Shown one piece after another: positions 36,007 to 46,500 of a stretch of 64,000 nucleotides of DNA. The stretch lies in contig CALZIJ010000005.1 of assembly GCA_945787655.1 (NCBI GenBank), positions 2,804-66,803 of the forward strand. Reading direction: 5' to 3'. This DNA comes from Nitrospiria bacterium (GTDB taxonomy: Bacteria; Nitrospirota; Nitrospiria; SBBL01; JAADHI01). The notes under the pieces were generated by a model. That model ran no database searches, had not been told where the DNA came from, and was given only the letters and a program-made list of their open reading frames with translations. Position 1 is the stretch's first letter, and the number at the start of each line of letters is the position of its first letter. Position numbers and translations under genes: made by a program.

Positions 36007-36866
36007 CCAAACTGCAAACTGCCGCAATCGCTATTTTAGGGTTTTTTATTTTGATTATGGTCGGCGGATCTCCTTTTTTCATTGTAGATATTATTCAAAC
36101 GGCCATTGTGGTCCAATTGGGGAAACCGGTGCGCACCATCACTGAACCCGGTCTTAAGTTAAAAGTTCCGTTTATACAAAATGTGATTAAATTTGATAAA
36201 CGTTTGCTTGATTACGATTCCGAGCCGCAGGATGTGGTCACACGTGATAAAAAGACACTGGTGATTGACAATTTTGCAAAATGGCGGATCGTCGAACCAC
36301 TCCGATTTTATGAAGCTTTCAGAACTGAAGAAGCTGCCCGCGCCCGCCTGGATGATATTATTTATTCCGAACTGCGTGTGGACTTGGGGCAGCATGACCT
36401 TTCTGAAATTATCTCCCAAAACCGCTCGGATATCATGGCCACCGTGACACGGATCGCCAATGAAAAAGCACTGGAATACGGCATTGAAATTAAGGATGTG
36501 CGGATTAAACGAGCCGATTTGCCTGAGCAAAATGAAAAAGCCGTCTTTACTCGAATGCAGGCGGAACGGAGCCGGGAAGCCAAACGCTATCGCTCCGAAG
36601 GGGAAGAAGAAGCCCAGAAAATCCGGTCGTCCGCAGAAAAAGAACGGGAAATTTTACTGGCGGAAGCCTATAATCAGCAACAGCAATTGATGGGGTTCGG
36701 AGATGCCAAAGCCTTTCGGATTTATGCAGAGGCCTATGGGCAAGACCCTTCGTTTTTCGAATTCCTGCAATCGATGGAAGCCTACAAAAAGGTGCTTAAA
36801 GAAGGCACTAAACTGGTCCTCACACCTGATTCAGAATTCTTTAAGTTTATTCAAAAGAGTAATTAA
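36003..36866 (+). CDS. hflC: FtsH protease modulator HflC (SPFH/band 7)
   Basis: It has a TM anchor plus an SPFH domain. The RAERSREAKRYRSEGEEEAQKIR coiled coil is present. It overlaps hflK by 4 nt. Confidence 0.9.
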   Translation: MTKLQTAAIAILGFFILIMVGGSPFFIVDIIQTAIVVQLGKPVRTITEPGLKLKVPFIQNVIKFDKRLLDYDSEPQDVVTRDKKTLVIDNFAKWRIVEPLRFYEAFRTEEAARARLDDIIYSELRVDLGQHDLSEIISQNRSDIMATVTRIANEKALEYGIEIKDVRIKRADLPEQNEKAVFTRMQAERSREAKRYRSEGEEEAQKIRSSAEKEREILLAEAYNQQQQLMGFGDAKAFRIYAEAYGQDPSFFEFLQSMEAYKKVLKEGTKLVLTPDSEFFKFIQKSN

Positions 36867-36890
36867 AGCCCCCCGGAAACCAACGGATTA

Positions 36891-39800
36891 ATGCAAAGAG
36901 AACGACGTGTATCAGATCAACCTGACCTCTTAAGTTTATTAAAAGCGCTTCAGCCCAACAGCCTCTACCTGATTACCTCTAAACCGGTTTTATTAAAAGG
37001 ATTTCAATATTATAAGGAAGAGCGCCTAAAATCCTTCACCTGGCAAAATCAACAAATGCTTCTGACCGCCGTGGTTTTGGGCGCCGAACCTTATACCGTC
37101 TCCTTTTCTTCCCAAAAAGGAACCTTGACTTATTCCTGTACTTGTCCCGCTTGGAATACAGACATACAGTGCAAGCATGTCATCTGCGGCCTCGTTACAA
37201 TCCTAAATCTCATTTCTTCAAAACTATTTCACCAAGCGGATCAGAATGAAAACCGCCTGCAATCTCTAAAGGCCGTTTTGCTTAGAAACCAGGTGATCTC
37301 AAAGCAACCCCTCGCAAAACGCCTCAATGTGTCCAGTAAGCCCCTTGCATCTTCGGTATTTCTGGCTGAGGAAGAGGAGGAACGGTTTGGTGCGCTGGAG
37401 TTGGTCATAGAATCCAAGGGAGATTATCCTGCGGTTTTTCTCCGGCGTGGCGGCACTGTCGTGGATTCCCCATTTGGCTTGCCAGAAGGACTCTCTGCAT
37501 TTACTTACCGATATTACAGTGATCAGTCCCTCAGAGACCGTTTTTTTGAACATCTCACTCGCTTCGGAGATCAGTATTCCATGGTTCTGGAGAGTAATCG
37601 TGGGCGTATTCCGCTGTCGTGGTCGCCTAAAAAATTCTATAAGAGTAAAACAGAACTTGATGCGGGGGCGTCTCATGTGGAAGTCCATGCCCTTACGATT
37701 TTAGATGATGTGATTTGTAGAAATGTCGAGCGGTTTTGGGACTTTGCAGTAGATCCTGAAACCGGACAATTTGGCCGGGTAACCGATACCTCCGGATGGC
37801 GGCTTTTTGATACGCTGGACCACCTGCTCCGTCCATCCGCCCCATCGTATAGTTATTTTGATGAACCGCAGGACCGACAGCTCTCCGACCGGGAATGGAT
37901 TATTCAAAACATCCATTTCAAAGTCCCGCTGGCGACTTTTCAGTCAATTCAGTTCAATATTTCAAAAGATTCTCTGGACCAAACCTTGAAAGACCTGGTC
38001 TTGAAAGTCCACGGCACTCCGGTCCAGCCTTGTGAATCCGAACATCATTACCGCTTAACCATCGACCAGCAAAATGAAGAGACCACCCGCCTTAAAATGG
38101 AATGTTGTTTGGGAGAAATACAGGGGCAACCCACAGCACATACTTTTCGTTTTTTTACTGATGTACAAGACCGGACTTTTCCAACCGCTTTGAAAGCCTT
38201 GAAACGACTCACTATACTCTATCAAACTTTCTTTCGCCTTTTTTCCCCAAAAGAAGGGATGGATACAACCCAAATGATTCGAAAAGCGCTTTCAAATGGG
38301 GACTTCACCCAGTATGCACTCAAAAAAGAAGCACGCGACCTCCTGAAGCGCTATGACCTGATTATTAAAGGACAGGATGTCCGGCTTCATTTTAGTGAAA
38401 AAAAATGGTTCATTGTTCCAAATAATAAAGAAAAAGAAGCCCAACTTTATCAAATCCCCTTTGAATTGTTTGGTCCTAAAATTTTTAAGGACATTACGGT
38501 CTATCATGAGGTTACCCTGCCAGCCAAGCAACTTTATGCGCAAATTTCCCTGCTGCACGCTAAATGTGAAGCGGCTGGAATAAAACTGTTTCACAAGGGT
38601 AAACCCGTAAAAACAGTAAAATGGGATTTTTCATTTGATGCCCGGAGACGGCCTGGAATCGACTGGTTTGAAATTCGGCCCGAAATCCGCTCCGACGGGG
38701 TCATTGTCAACGAGTCCGTTTTACAAAAACTCCTGGAACACAAAGGAGTAGTGGAAGAAAACGGGGTGATACAAATTGTCGATTCCAATGCCCAAAAAAT
38801 TATTAACGCACTTTCACTGATTTATAAATCCCCCAATAAAGATAAAAAAGGAAAAAGGGAAATCGTTGAAATCCCACGGATGCAGATTTTGGACTGGGTC
38901 TCCCTCCGGCGCGAAGGGGTACAATTTAAACTGCCTGAGGAAGACGAGCACTTAATTAAAAGTTTGACTCAACTTGAAAAAATTGATGCGATCACGACGC
39001 CCAGAAACCTCAAGGCAAAACTTCGTCCCTATCAAAAAGAAGGGCTGAACTGGCTGGCCTTTTTATACCAACATCGATTTGGGGCAGTACTTGCTGATGA
39101 TATGGGTCTGGGTAAAACACTTCAGTCGATTTCTCTGCTTGCGGCCATTGAAGAAAAAATCATTCCCCCGCTGATCCGCTCCGATCAACCTCATCTTATT
39201 GTCGTACCACCAACCTTGCTGTTTAACTGGGAACAGGAATTAAAGCGATTTTACCCCAAGCTTAGAGTCTACTCTTATTTCGGAAAAAACAGGAACCACG
39301 CGTTTGACGGTATGGACGTGGTATTAACTACTTATGCACTCGTGCGCCGGGATATTGATATACTTAAACCATTCCGGTTTCATGTCATCATTTTTGATGA
39401 AGCACAAGCAGTAAAGAATGTTTATGCAGACACCACCGGCGCTGCTCGACAACTCCAGGGGGCTTTCAAACTGGTCATGACCGGGACTCCTCTGGAAAAT
39501 CACTTGGGTGAATATTATTCCCTGATTGATTTAGCGCTTCCAGGCCTGCTTGAGGACTACGACCGCTTCAAATCTCAAATTAGACTGGAGGACTCGCCAC
39601 TCCTTCAAGTGCTCATTGCACGCACGCGCCCCTTTGTCTTGAGAAGGATGAAAGAATCTGTTTTAAAAGACCTGCCGCCTAAGATTGAAACGGACCTTTA
39701 CCTTGATTTAACGGACAAACAAAAATCCCTTTATCAACAAACTGTTGCCATGATTTCCTCCCAAATTAACACGGCCTATCGGGACAAAACATCCGGACAG

Positions 39801-40433
39801 GCAAAAATTATTGCCCTGACCGCCATTATGAAACTTAGGCAATTGTGTGTCTCACCCCGCTTGATTGCTTCTGATCTTAAAACAGGAAAAGAACATTCTC
39901 CTAAAATATCTTTTTTAGTCCAGCAGCTTCAGGCCCTCCACGAAGAAGGCCACAGCGCGCTGGTTTTTTCACAATTTACAAGCGGTCTGGACTTGCTCGA
40001 AAGTGATTTACAGGCTGCGAAACTGCCGTTCTTCCGGCTCGATGGCTCCACCCCGGCAGGAAAAAGGAAAAACCTCGTTAAGTCCTTTCAAGATTCGGAC
40101 ATGCCATTGGTCTTTCTGCTGAGTTTAAAGGCGGGAGGGCAAGGCTTGAATCTGACCAAGGCCTCTTATGTTTTCCATCTTGACCCCTGGTGGAATCCGG
40201 CTGTAGAAAACCAAGCCTCAGACCGGGCGCACCGCATCGGACAAACACAAAATGTTTCGATTACCCGTATTTTAATGCGGCATACCATTGAAGAAAAAAT
40301 CATGCTGCTGAAAAAGAAAAAAAGAGCACTTTATGAAGCCGTCATGGGTGGAGCCGAACAAGCAGGACCCGCCTACTCTCTCACGAAGTTGGATTTTGAT
40401 TTTCTTCTCAGTGAATCAGACCTGACGACTTGA
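36891..40433 (+). CDS. SWIM zinc-finger / SNF2-family helicase (1180 aa)
   Basis: The SWIM motif is CTCPAWNTDIQCKH. The SNF2 ATPase motifs are LADDMGLGKT (I), IIFDEAQAVKN (II, DEAQ) and MTGTPLEN (III). The helicase-C motif is LSLKAGGQGLNLT ... QASDRAHRIGQ. Confidence 0.87.
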   Translation: MQRERRVSDQPDLLSLLKALQPNSLYLITSKPVLLKGFQYYKEERLKSFTWQNQQMLLTAVVLGAEPYTVSFSSQKGTLTYSCTCPAWNTDIQCKHVICGLVTILNLISSKLFHQADQNENRLQSLKAVLLRNQVISKQPLAKRLNVSSKPLASSVFLAEEEEERFGALELVIESKGDYPAVFLRRGGTVVDSPFGLPEGLSAFTYRYYSDQSLRDRFFEHLTRFGDQYSMVLESNRGRIPLSWSPKKFYKSKTELDAGASHVEVHALTILDDVICRNVERFWDFAVDPETGQFGRVTDTSGWRLFDTLDHLLRPSAPSYSYFDEPQDRQLSDREWIIQNIHFKVPLATFQSIQFNISKDSLDQTLKDLVLKVHGTPVQPCESEHHYRLTIDQQNEETTRLKMECCLGEIQGQPTAHTFRFFTDVQDRTFPTALKALKRLTILYQTFFRLFSPKEGMDTTQMIRKALSNGDFTQYALKKEARDLLKRYDLIIKGQDVRLHFSEKKWFIVPNNKEKEAQLYQIPFELFGPKIFKDITVYHEVTLPAKQLYAQISLLHAKCEAAGIKLFHKGKPVKTVKWDFSFDARRRPGIDWFEIRPEIRSDGVIVNESVLQKLLEHKGVVEENGVIQIVDSNAQKIINALSLIYKSPNKDKKGKREIVEIPRMQILDWVSLRREGVQFKLPEEDEHLIKSLTQLEKIDAITTPRNLKAKLRPYQKEGLNWLAFLYQHRFGAVLADDMGLGKTLQSISLLAAIEEKIIPPLIRSDQPHLIVVPPTLLFNWEQELKRFYPKLRVYSYFGKNRNHAFDGMDVVLTTYALVRRDIDILKPFRFHVIIFDEAQAVKNVYADTTGAARQLQGAFKLVMTGTPLENHLGEYYSLIDLALPGLLEDYDRFKSQIRLEDSPLLQVLIARTRPFVLRRMKESVLKDLPPKIETDLYLDLTDKQKSLYQQTVAMISSQINTAYRDKTSGQAKIIALTAIMKLRQLCVSPRLIASDLKTGKEHSPKISFLVQQLQALHEEGHSALVFSQFTSGLDLLESDLQAAKLPFFRLDGSTPAGKRKNLVKSFQDSDMPLVFLLSLKAGGQGLNLTKASYVFHLDPWWNPAVENQASDRAHRIGQTQNVSITRILMRHTIEEKIMLLKKKKRALYEAVMGGAEQAGPAYSLTKLDFDFLLSESDLTT

Positions 40434-40589
40434 AACACAGAACACGACATTTATGGAATGTGAACCGGACATTTATTTTTCTGGATATACCCTTGCGTTG
40501 TAAATAGAATTAAAATATCGTTACTTGCCAGCATATCTGAAATTTTTCGTCGAGCATCGAATGAGGACTAAGGGGAGTTTTCCGGCGCT

Positions 40590-41948
40590 TCAACTGCCGA
40601 GCTGACCCGTCCATGTTTCATAGGGTCGCCCGCTGCGTTCCCCATCTTTATAAAAAATAAGGTAGGTCATCACATGGAATTTTGTATACTCATATTCCTT
40701 CGGTATCCGTTCACAACGGCGGTGAACACGCCGCCACGTCCCTGAATTAAAGTAGATTTGGTCAACACGTTCATTGTTCCGCTCCACTTCATCGATTGGA
40801 AAGAGGAGGGGGGTGTGGGTATGGCCATACGATACAAACCGTGCCCTGGCGGGGGCCCCTCCTTGTTTGGAAAGCCAAGGTTCATTCATGGCGGCTTTGA
40901 CATAATGGTCCTCTCCTTGTTGCAGTAAAGGGGCAATGCGGTCTGTCATCCGTACAATCGTATTCATAGGAATGACTGCTGAAATTTTGAAAGCGACCTG
41001 TATTGCATCCACCAAATCCGGTCGCCAGGGCCGATCATAACCTTTTACAAAATCATTATCTAAAAACTGGCAAAGGCATTCATTCCATGCCTCTACCGCC
41101 CTTTGAAATTTTTCGCCCGCCGCATATTTGCGCAAAGTTCCATAGACCCAACTGGGAATTTCTGCCAGCGGCCTCACATTGTCAATTTCCTTCAGGTTTA
41201 CATACAGTAGGTCATCTTCTTCCAATTTCAGGTTATCCTTAACCCTGGCCGGAAAGGCATTTAGCAGTAATACGACAACAGCATCCCCTAATGAGGAATA
41301 GTTACGTCCATGCTTTACATCAAAGTTGATTTCGTCATAGATATCCCCATGCTGAACGTACACGGAATGTGATTCACACAGCTGCTCGATCTCACCATCC
41401 TTTAATTCCTCAATGGTGTGAGGGAAAACCTCCTTCGGGTCGTTTTGAAGGCCCATCGCATCAACAATATGCGCCCGAACAACATTCATTTCAGGATGAG
41501 GAAGATGAAAAAACCAATCGTGATTTCCCACAAGATAATGTATGTTTACCGGAATAGGGCCATGTGATTTACCGTTTCGGTCATAGACAGTGACCCCGTC
41601 TGTCAAGGATTTTAAATAAGCCAGACCCTCCGCGTTATTGGAAAGAATATCGTGTGTGATTGTGGCAACAAAATCCACAAATTTATCAGTTGTATTGTCA
41701 CTCCAAGGAAAAAGTTTCGGGTGCTTTCTCCACTTTTCTGTGCGAATTACATCCAGAATATCCCCGTTTAAAATTAAATCACATTGCTTGATCGGGATAA
41801 ATGAAACCGTCCCCGAATCATTTTTTCGGTAACAGGCATCTGTAATCGCGGTGCGAAAATCCTCTTTAAATACCCTGAATGCCTCTCCATTGATCGTATC
41901 ACCGGAGCTTCCGTCCGTCAGGTGTAAATCACTGATAATCACTAACAT
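40590..41948 (-). CDS. Large calcineurin-like metallophosphoesterase (452 aa), specific substrate unknown
   Basis: All the metallophosphoesterase motifs occur in order: ISDLHLTDG, NGDILD, GNHDW, QHGDIYD, YGHTHTP. About 200 aa between the motifs are of unknown function. Confidence 0.75.
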   Translation of the reverse strand: MLVIISDLHLTDGSSGDTINGEAFRVFKEDFRTAITDACYRKNDSGTVSFIPIKQCDLILNGDILDVIRTEKWRKHPKLFPWSDNTTDKFVDFVATITHDILSNNAEGLAYLKSLTDGVTVYDRNGKSHGPIPVNIHYLVGNHDWFFHLPHPEMNVVRAHIVDAMGLQNDPKEVFPHTIEELKDGEIEQLCESHSVYVQHGDIYDEINFDVKHGRNYSSLGDAVVVLLLNAFPARVKDNLKLEEDDLLYVNLKEIDNVRPLAEIPSWVYGTLRKYAAGEKFQRAVEAWNECLCQFLDNDFVKGYDRPWRPDLVDAIQVAFKISAVIPMNTIVRMTDRIAPLLQQGEDHYVKAAMNEPWLSKQGGAPARARFVSYGHTHTPLLFPIDEVERNNERVDQIYFNSGTWRRVHRRCERIPKEYEYTKFHVMTYLIFYKDGERSGRPYETWTGQLGS

Positions 41949-42018
41949 GTGATATCCCCTTTTTATAATGAAATATTGTAAGCTCGGGCTTTTAATTGCT
42001 CATTAAGTTAAGTATACC

Positions 42019-42678
42019 TTATGCCCCATTTAGTTTTCCAACAATACCCGCGCGGGTATGCACGTCTACTTTTTTCATTATCCGCTTTAGGTGATCCTTG
42101 ACCGTATGCACTCCGATATCAAGCGCACAAGCAATTTCTTTATTCGTATACCCTTTCTTGATAAGAGTCAGCACTGACTTTTCTCGAGGTGTAAAATAAG
42201 GAGATACCCCTTGTAAAGGCATAACAGGCGCACTGCTTTTCACTTTTTCTATCAGGATCATCACCCATTCCTGGGATATTTTATTTCCTTTCAACAGGAG
42301 CCCGCGGCACGAAACCTCCGACCCTCGAAATGAAAAGAGTTCCGTTGGTGCTTCCATCGGACGCTCAATCGCCGGAAGGCGTTCCCTGGCGATGACAGCC
42401 CTCCGAAGCCGGCTGAGCAAACCCCGAAACCTTTCGGCTTCCATTTTTCCTGCATCTTCATATAAACCGCTTAATAGCGTCAGGGGGGAGATTTCACGAT
42501 GATTTAAAAAAAGGATTTCATCGTTTTTTCCCATAATCACAACCTCTGGAGTACTCCGGTGCTTAACGAGGTCAATCTTCTCAAATACCGCATCCCGATT
42601 CCTCAATAAATGGCTTTGACTAATATTCATTTCACCTGATGAAAACATCTCGATATTATTCAAGCTTGCCGATACCAT
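42019..42678 (-). CDS. LuxR-family transcriptional regulator with an uncharacterised (PAS-like?) N-terminal domain
   Basis: The C-terminal HTH is FTPREKSVLTLIKKGYTNKEIACALDIGVHTVKDHLKRIMKKVDV. No receiver Asp pocket or autoinducer domain is recognisable in the N-terminal 150 aa. Confidence 0.8.
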   Translation of the reverse strand: MVSASLNNIEMFSSGEMNISQSHLLRNRDAVFEKIDLVKHRSTPEVVIMGKNDEILFLNHREISPLTLLSGLYEDAGKMEAERFRGLLSRLRRAVIARERLPAIERPMEAPTELFSFRGSEVSCRGLLLKGNKISQEWVMILIEKVKSSAPVMPLQGVSPYFTPREKSVLTLIKKGYTNKEIACALDIGVHTVKDHLKRIMKKVDVHTRAGIVGKLNGA

Positions 42679-42709
42679 TGCATCTGCTCCTCTCTGGTTA
42701 ATTTAAATC

Positions 42710-43177
42710 TCAAAGTTCCAATTGGAAAATTTTGCATTCCCGCTTGAGTCCGGACAGATCCGTTTGTAATTGATCAAGCTCACTGGATAACCGCTTTCTT
42801 TCCTCCGGTGGAGTCTGATCAAGGATTTCATCCGTCAACTTTAATAACCCCCGGACCCATGTCGGATTTAACAACAAGTTAAAGGAAATCATGCCCACTT
42901 CTCTCTCCAATTCTTCCAGCTTCGTCCCAGCTTCTTTCTTGGAAATATCAACACACTGGAGCTGCCTGTAAAGTTTTCTGCGATATCCGGCTGGACAAAT
43001 CCTGCACTGTTGTATTTTTGCCAAAATATCGGCTTTCTTATCATGTAACCCTGTCATAAAACGTGTTTCCTCTTTTAGGTCAGTACTTGGCCTTAAGCGC
43101 TTTTTCTCATACACCCTTATCTTGCTCTCAAAATTGTATTCAATCCCGTTTCTCCGCTTTACTTTGTTCCCGGTCAT
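42710..43177 (-). CDS. Hypothetical 155-aa protein, basic N-terminus, predicted coiled coil, one CxxC
   Basis: This is the first ORF of the three-gene minus-strand unit. It has heptad-like Leu/Glu/Lys-rich segments and a CRIC motif. I recognise no family. Confidence 0.4.
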   Translation of the reverse strand: MTGNKVKRRNGIEYNFESKIRVYEKKRLRPSTDLKEETRFMTGLHDKKADILAKIQQCRICPAGYRRKLYRQLQCVDISKKEAGTKLEELEREVGMISFNLLLNPTWVRGLLKLTDEILDQTPPEERKRLSSELDQLQTDLSGLKRECKIFQLEL

Positions 43178-43591
43178 GGTTGATCCCTCAAGTCTTCATT
43201 GTCGTTATCATTTGTCCTACACCCGCCTGACATCTATTCTGTATAGCAACATATATGCCTGTTTTAAAACTTGCCCCAATCAGAATATTTCCTAATGTAT
43301 ATTGATTTTTTACCATACCTAAATCTATTGAAATCGTTGGGGATTCCAGTTTTCGGAATGAATATTTACCATTTTTCCGGTAATCAGAAATATGTTACTC
43401 TCATGGAGAAAGTGAGAGATTAGCCCATATAATTTTAGCTTTCACAAAAAAAATACTGTATATGGGGGTGTGCATTTAATTTGATACGAGGGATTGATTC
43501 CGCCTCTTTACAAGTGATTGGGGGTATGCTATTAAGCCTGCAAGAGGGAAGCTCAATGTGTCGTTCTTATACTACTTAAAGAAGGTCTGTC

Positions 43592-46500
43592 TTGCGCCTT
43601 AAACGTTTAGAAGTTTTTGGGTTTAAATCATTTTTTGATAAAACAGTCATCACTTTTAAAAAAGGGATCACTGGTATTGTCGGACCCAACGGCTGTGGTA
43701 AAAGTAATTTCTCGGATGCCATTCTTTGGGTACTCGGAGAACAGAGTCCAAAAAGCCTCCGGGGAGAGCGGATGGAGGATGTGATTTTCAATGGAACAGA
43801 ACAAAGAAAACCACTTTCCATCGCTGAAGTAACCCTCACCATCGGGGATATCGCCAACGAGCTGCCCGCACCTTACACGCCTTATTCCGAGATCACCTTT
43901 AGCCGAAGGCTTTATCGCTCAGGGGAAAGCGAATATCTGATTAATAAGTCCCCTTGCCGCCTGAAGGACATACGGGACTTACTCATCGACATGGGCGCGG
44001 GTTATCACGCGCATACCATTATTGAACAGGGCAAAGTGGATGACCTCATCACAGCCTCTCCCTTAAAACGCAGAGAACTCGTTGAAGAAGCGGCCGGTAT
44101 CGCCAAATACCGCCTTAGGAAAGCGGAAGCACTGCGAAAACTTGAGGCAACAGAACGAAACCTGATCCGGGTTTCAGATATTATCGGAGAAATCAAACGA
44201 CAACGAAATGCGCTGGACCGGCAGGCCAAGAAAGCCGAAAAGTCCAAAGAAACCGCAGAAGCACTCAAAGCACTGGAATTACAAATCGCACGCCACGAGT
44301 GGATTGAAGTGGCATCAGAAGAAAAAGCCTTAAAACAGGAAGAAAACCAACTTCAGGAAAACTCCGCAGAATTATCCGCACAACTGGGATCATTAGGATC
44401 AAAACAAAATGAATATAAACTGGCCCTGATTGAAAAAGAAGCCGATCTGACAAAATTAAGCCGTCAAATTTCAGAGATTGAAAAAACCATCCAACGATGG
44501 GAAGGAAAGGTCGAAACAATTCAGGCCCAACGCCAGGAATGGCATGAAAACCAACTGAGAACCGAGCAAGACATCCATGCTGTCCAATTAGAATTTCAGA
44601 CACTTGAGGCAGAAGCCGCCACACTTGAAAAGGAACTGGCTTCTTTTGCACAGACCCTCCCCAGTGAAGAAGCTGAACGCGAGGACGCCGAGTCACAACG
44701 CACCGAACTGGAAACAGCCGTGCTCTCTGGAAACACCACCCTCGAACGGGACAAGGTGGCCTTATTCGATCTCACCGCGAAATTAACCACCTCTAAAAAC
44801 AACGTGATTCATTTTGAAAACCGCAAGGAGATCCTTTTCAGACAAAAAGAACGACTTCAAATCGAGCAGTCGACCTTGCAGGAAAAACAGGAAACCGCAG
44901 AAAAATCCCTGCAAACCCTTGTTAACGCCTTACATCAAAATGAAGCCGGGCTGGCCCAAAGCCGGGCAACGCTGCAAGAAAAAACCCAACTATTGAACCA
45001 AACGGAAACCACCATTCAAACCAAGGAAAAACAGCTTTTTCAAATGAAAGAACGTTTAAGTGACCTCAAGGCACAAATTGCTTCACATGAAGGTTTTTAC
45101 CGTGGTTTTTTAAATGAACGTGAAGGCAGCAAGAACCAATTGCTGCAACTTGATGGTTTACAAGGCATGGTCGCGGATTTAATCGATGTCCCTCCTCAAT
45201 ATGAACAAGCGCTGGAAGCCGCGCTTGAAAACCGGCTACGGGGCATTGTGGTTGAAAATCACGACGAAATACAAAAAGGGATTCAACATCTTAAAGCCTC
45301 TGAAATGGGACGTGGCACCTTTTTCCCGCGATACCCGCGTACTGGGCCATCCCCCTATAAATCTCTCGGTATCGACGAAAATCAGGGGATTCTGGGTATG
45401 GCATTGGATCGGGTCACCATAAAAGACGGCTTTGAATCCATTGCCGAAGCCCTGCTTCAGGGGATTGTACTAACCTCCAACCTCAAAGTGGCCCTGAACG
45501 CCTGGGCGCGCCATCCCGATGTCTTCCTTTGGGTCACCTTACAGGGGGAAGTCCTCGATCAATACGGTGTTATTTCAGCGGGAGGACAGGGAAAACAAGG
45601 CTTACTCGGCCAAAAACGTGCGCTTCAACTCCTGACCCAGGAAGCGGATACTTTGCAGAAAGAAGCAGAAGCACTTCAAAAAGACATCGAGACTCAACAA
45701 GACATTGCGCGTCAAACTCGCCTTGCCCTGAACGCTTTAAATGAGGAAATTCGGACATTGGATGTCACGCTTGCAAAGAGTCATAATGAAAAAAAGACCC
45801 TTTCTTATGAACTTGAACGCCTTCAGGGTGAACTTGAAACCATCCTCTTTGAACAGGAAGAAGGGAACAGCGAGGAGGAACAACTCACCGAGTCACTCCA
45901 ATCGGAACAGCGGCTTATCACGGAAACGGAGCGTTTAAAATCCGAAAAAGAAAGTGCGCTCCGAAACCAAAAAGAATACCTGGATGCGGAGAAACAAAGA
46001 TTGGAAAGCCTGAATGAAACCGTCGTGCAGCTTCGGATGAAAACCAGTACGCTCAAAGCCCAGCAACAACATGCCCTTGAAAAACAGGCGCGAATTCAGC
46101 GTGAAAGAGAAAATCTGTCCACACGATTAAACGAAATGGAAGCACTTAAAGCAACCCTTCAGGACAAATTAAATGCTGGAAAAATCGAAGAAAAAGACGC
46201 TTCCGCTTCTATTGAAACCCTTGCTTCTGAATTGTCGCTACACACAGAGACTTTAAGGAAAATACAAGAAGAACATGCTGAATTATTATCGATATTAAAC
46301 GACGCCGATCAAGACATCGCTTCGGTCCAATCCAAATTAAACTCGGTGCAGGAAGCTCTTCAAAAAAATGCCTTAAAAAAAGTGTCCACAGGGATGAATC
46401 GTGAAAAAATAGAAGAAGAAATCTCTACACGATATCATATCGATATTTCAGAGGACTTTGATTTTAAAGAGGCCCTGCCCCTGGAGGCCGCTCAGGCAAA

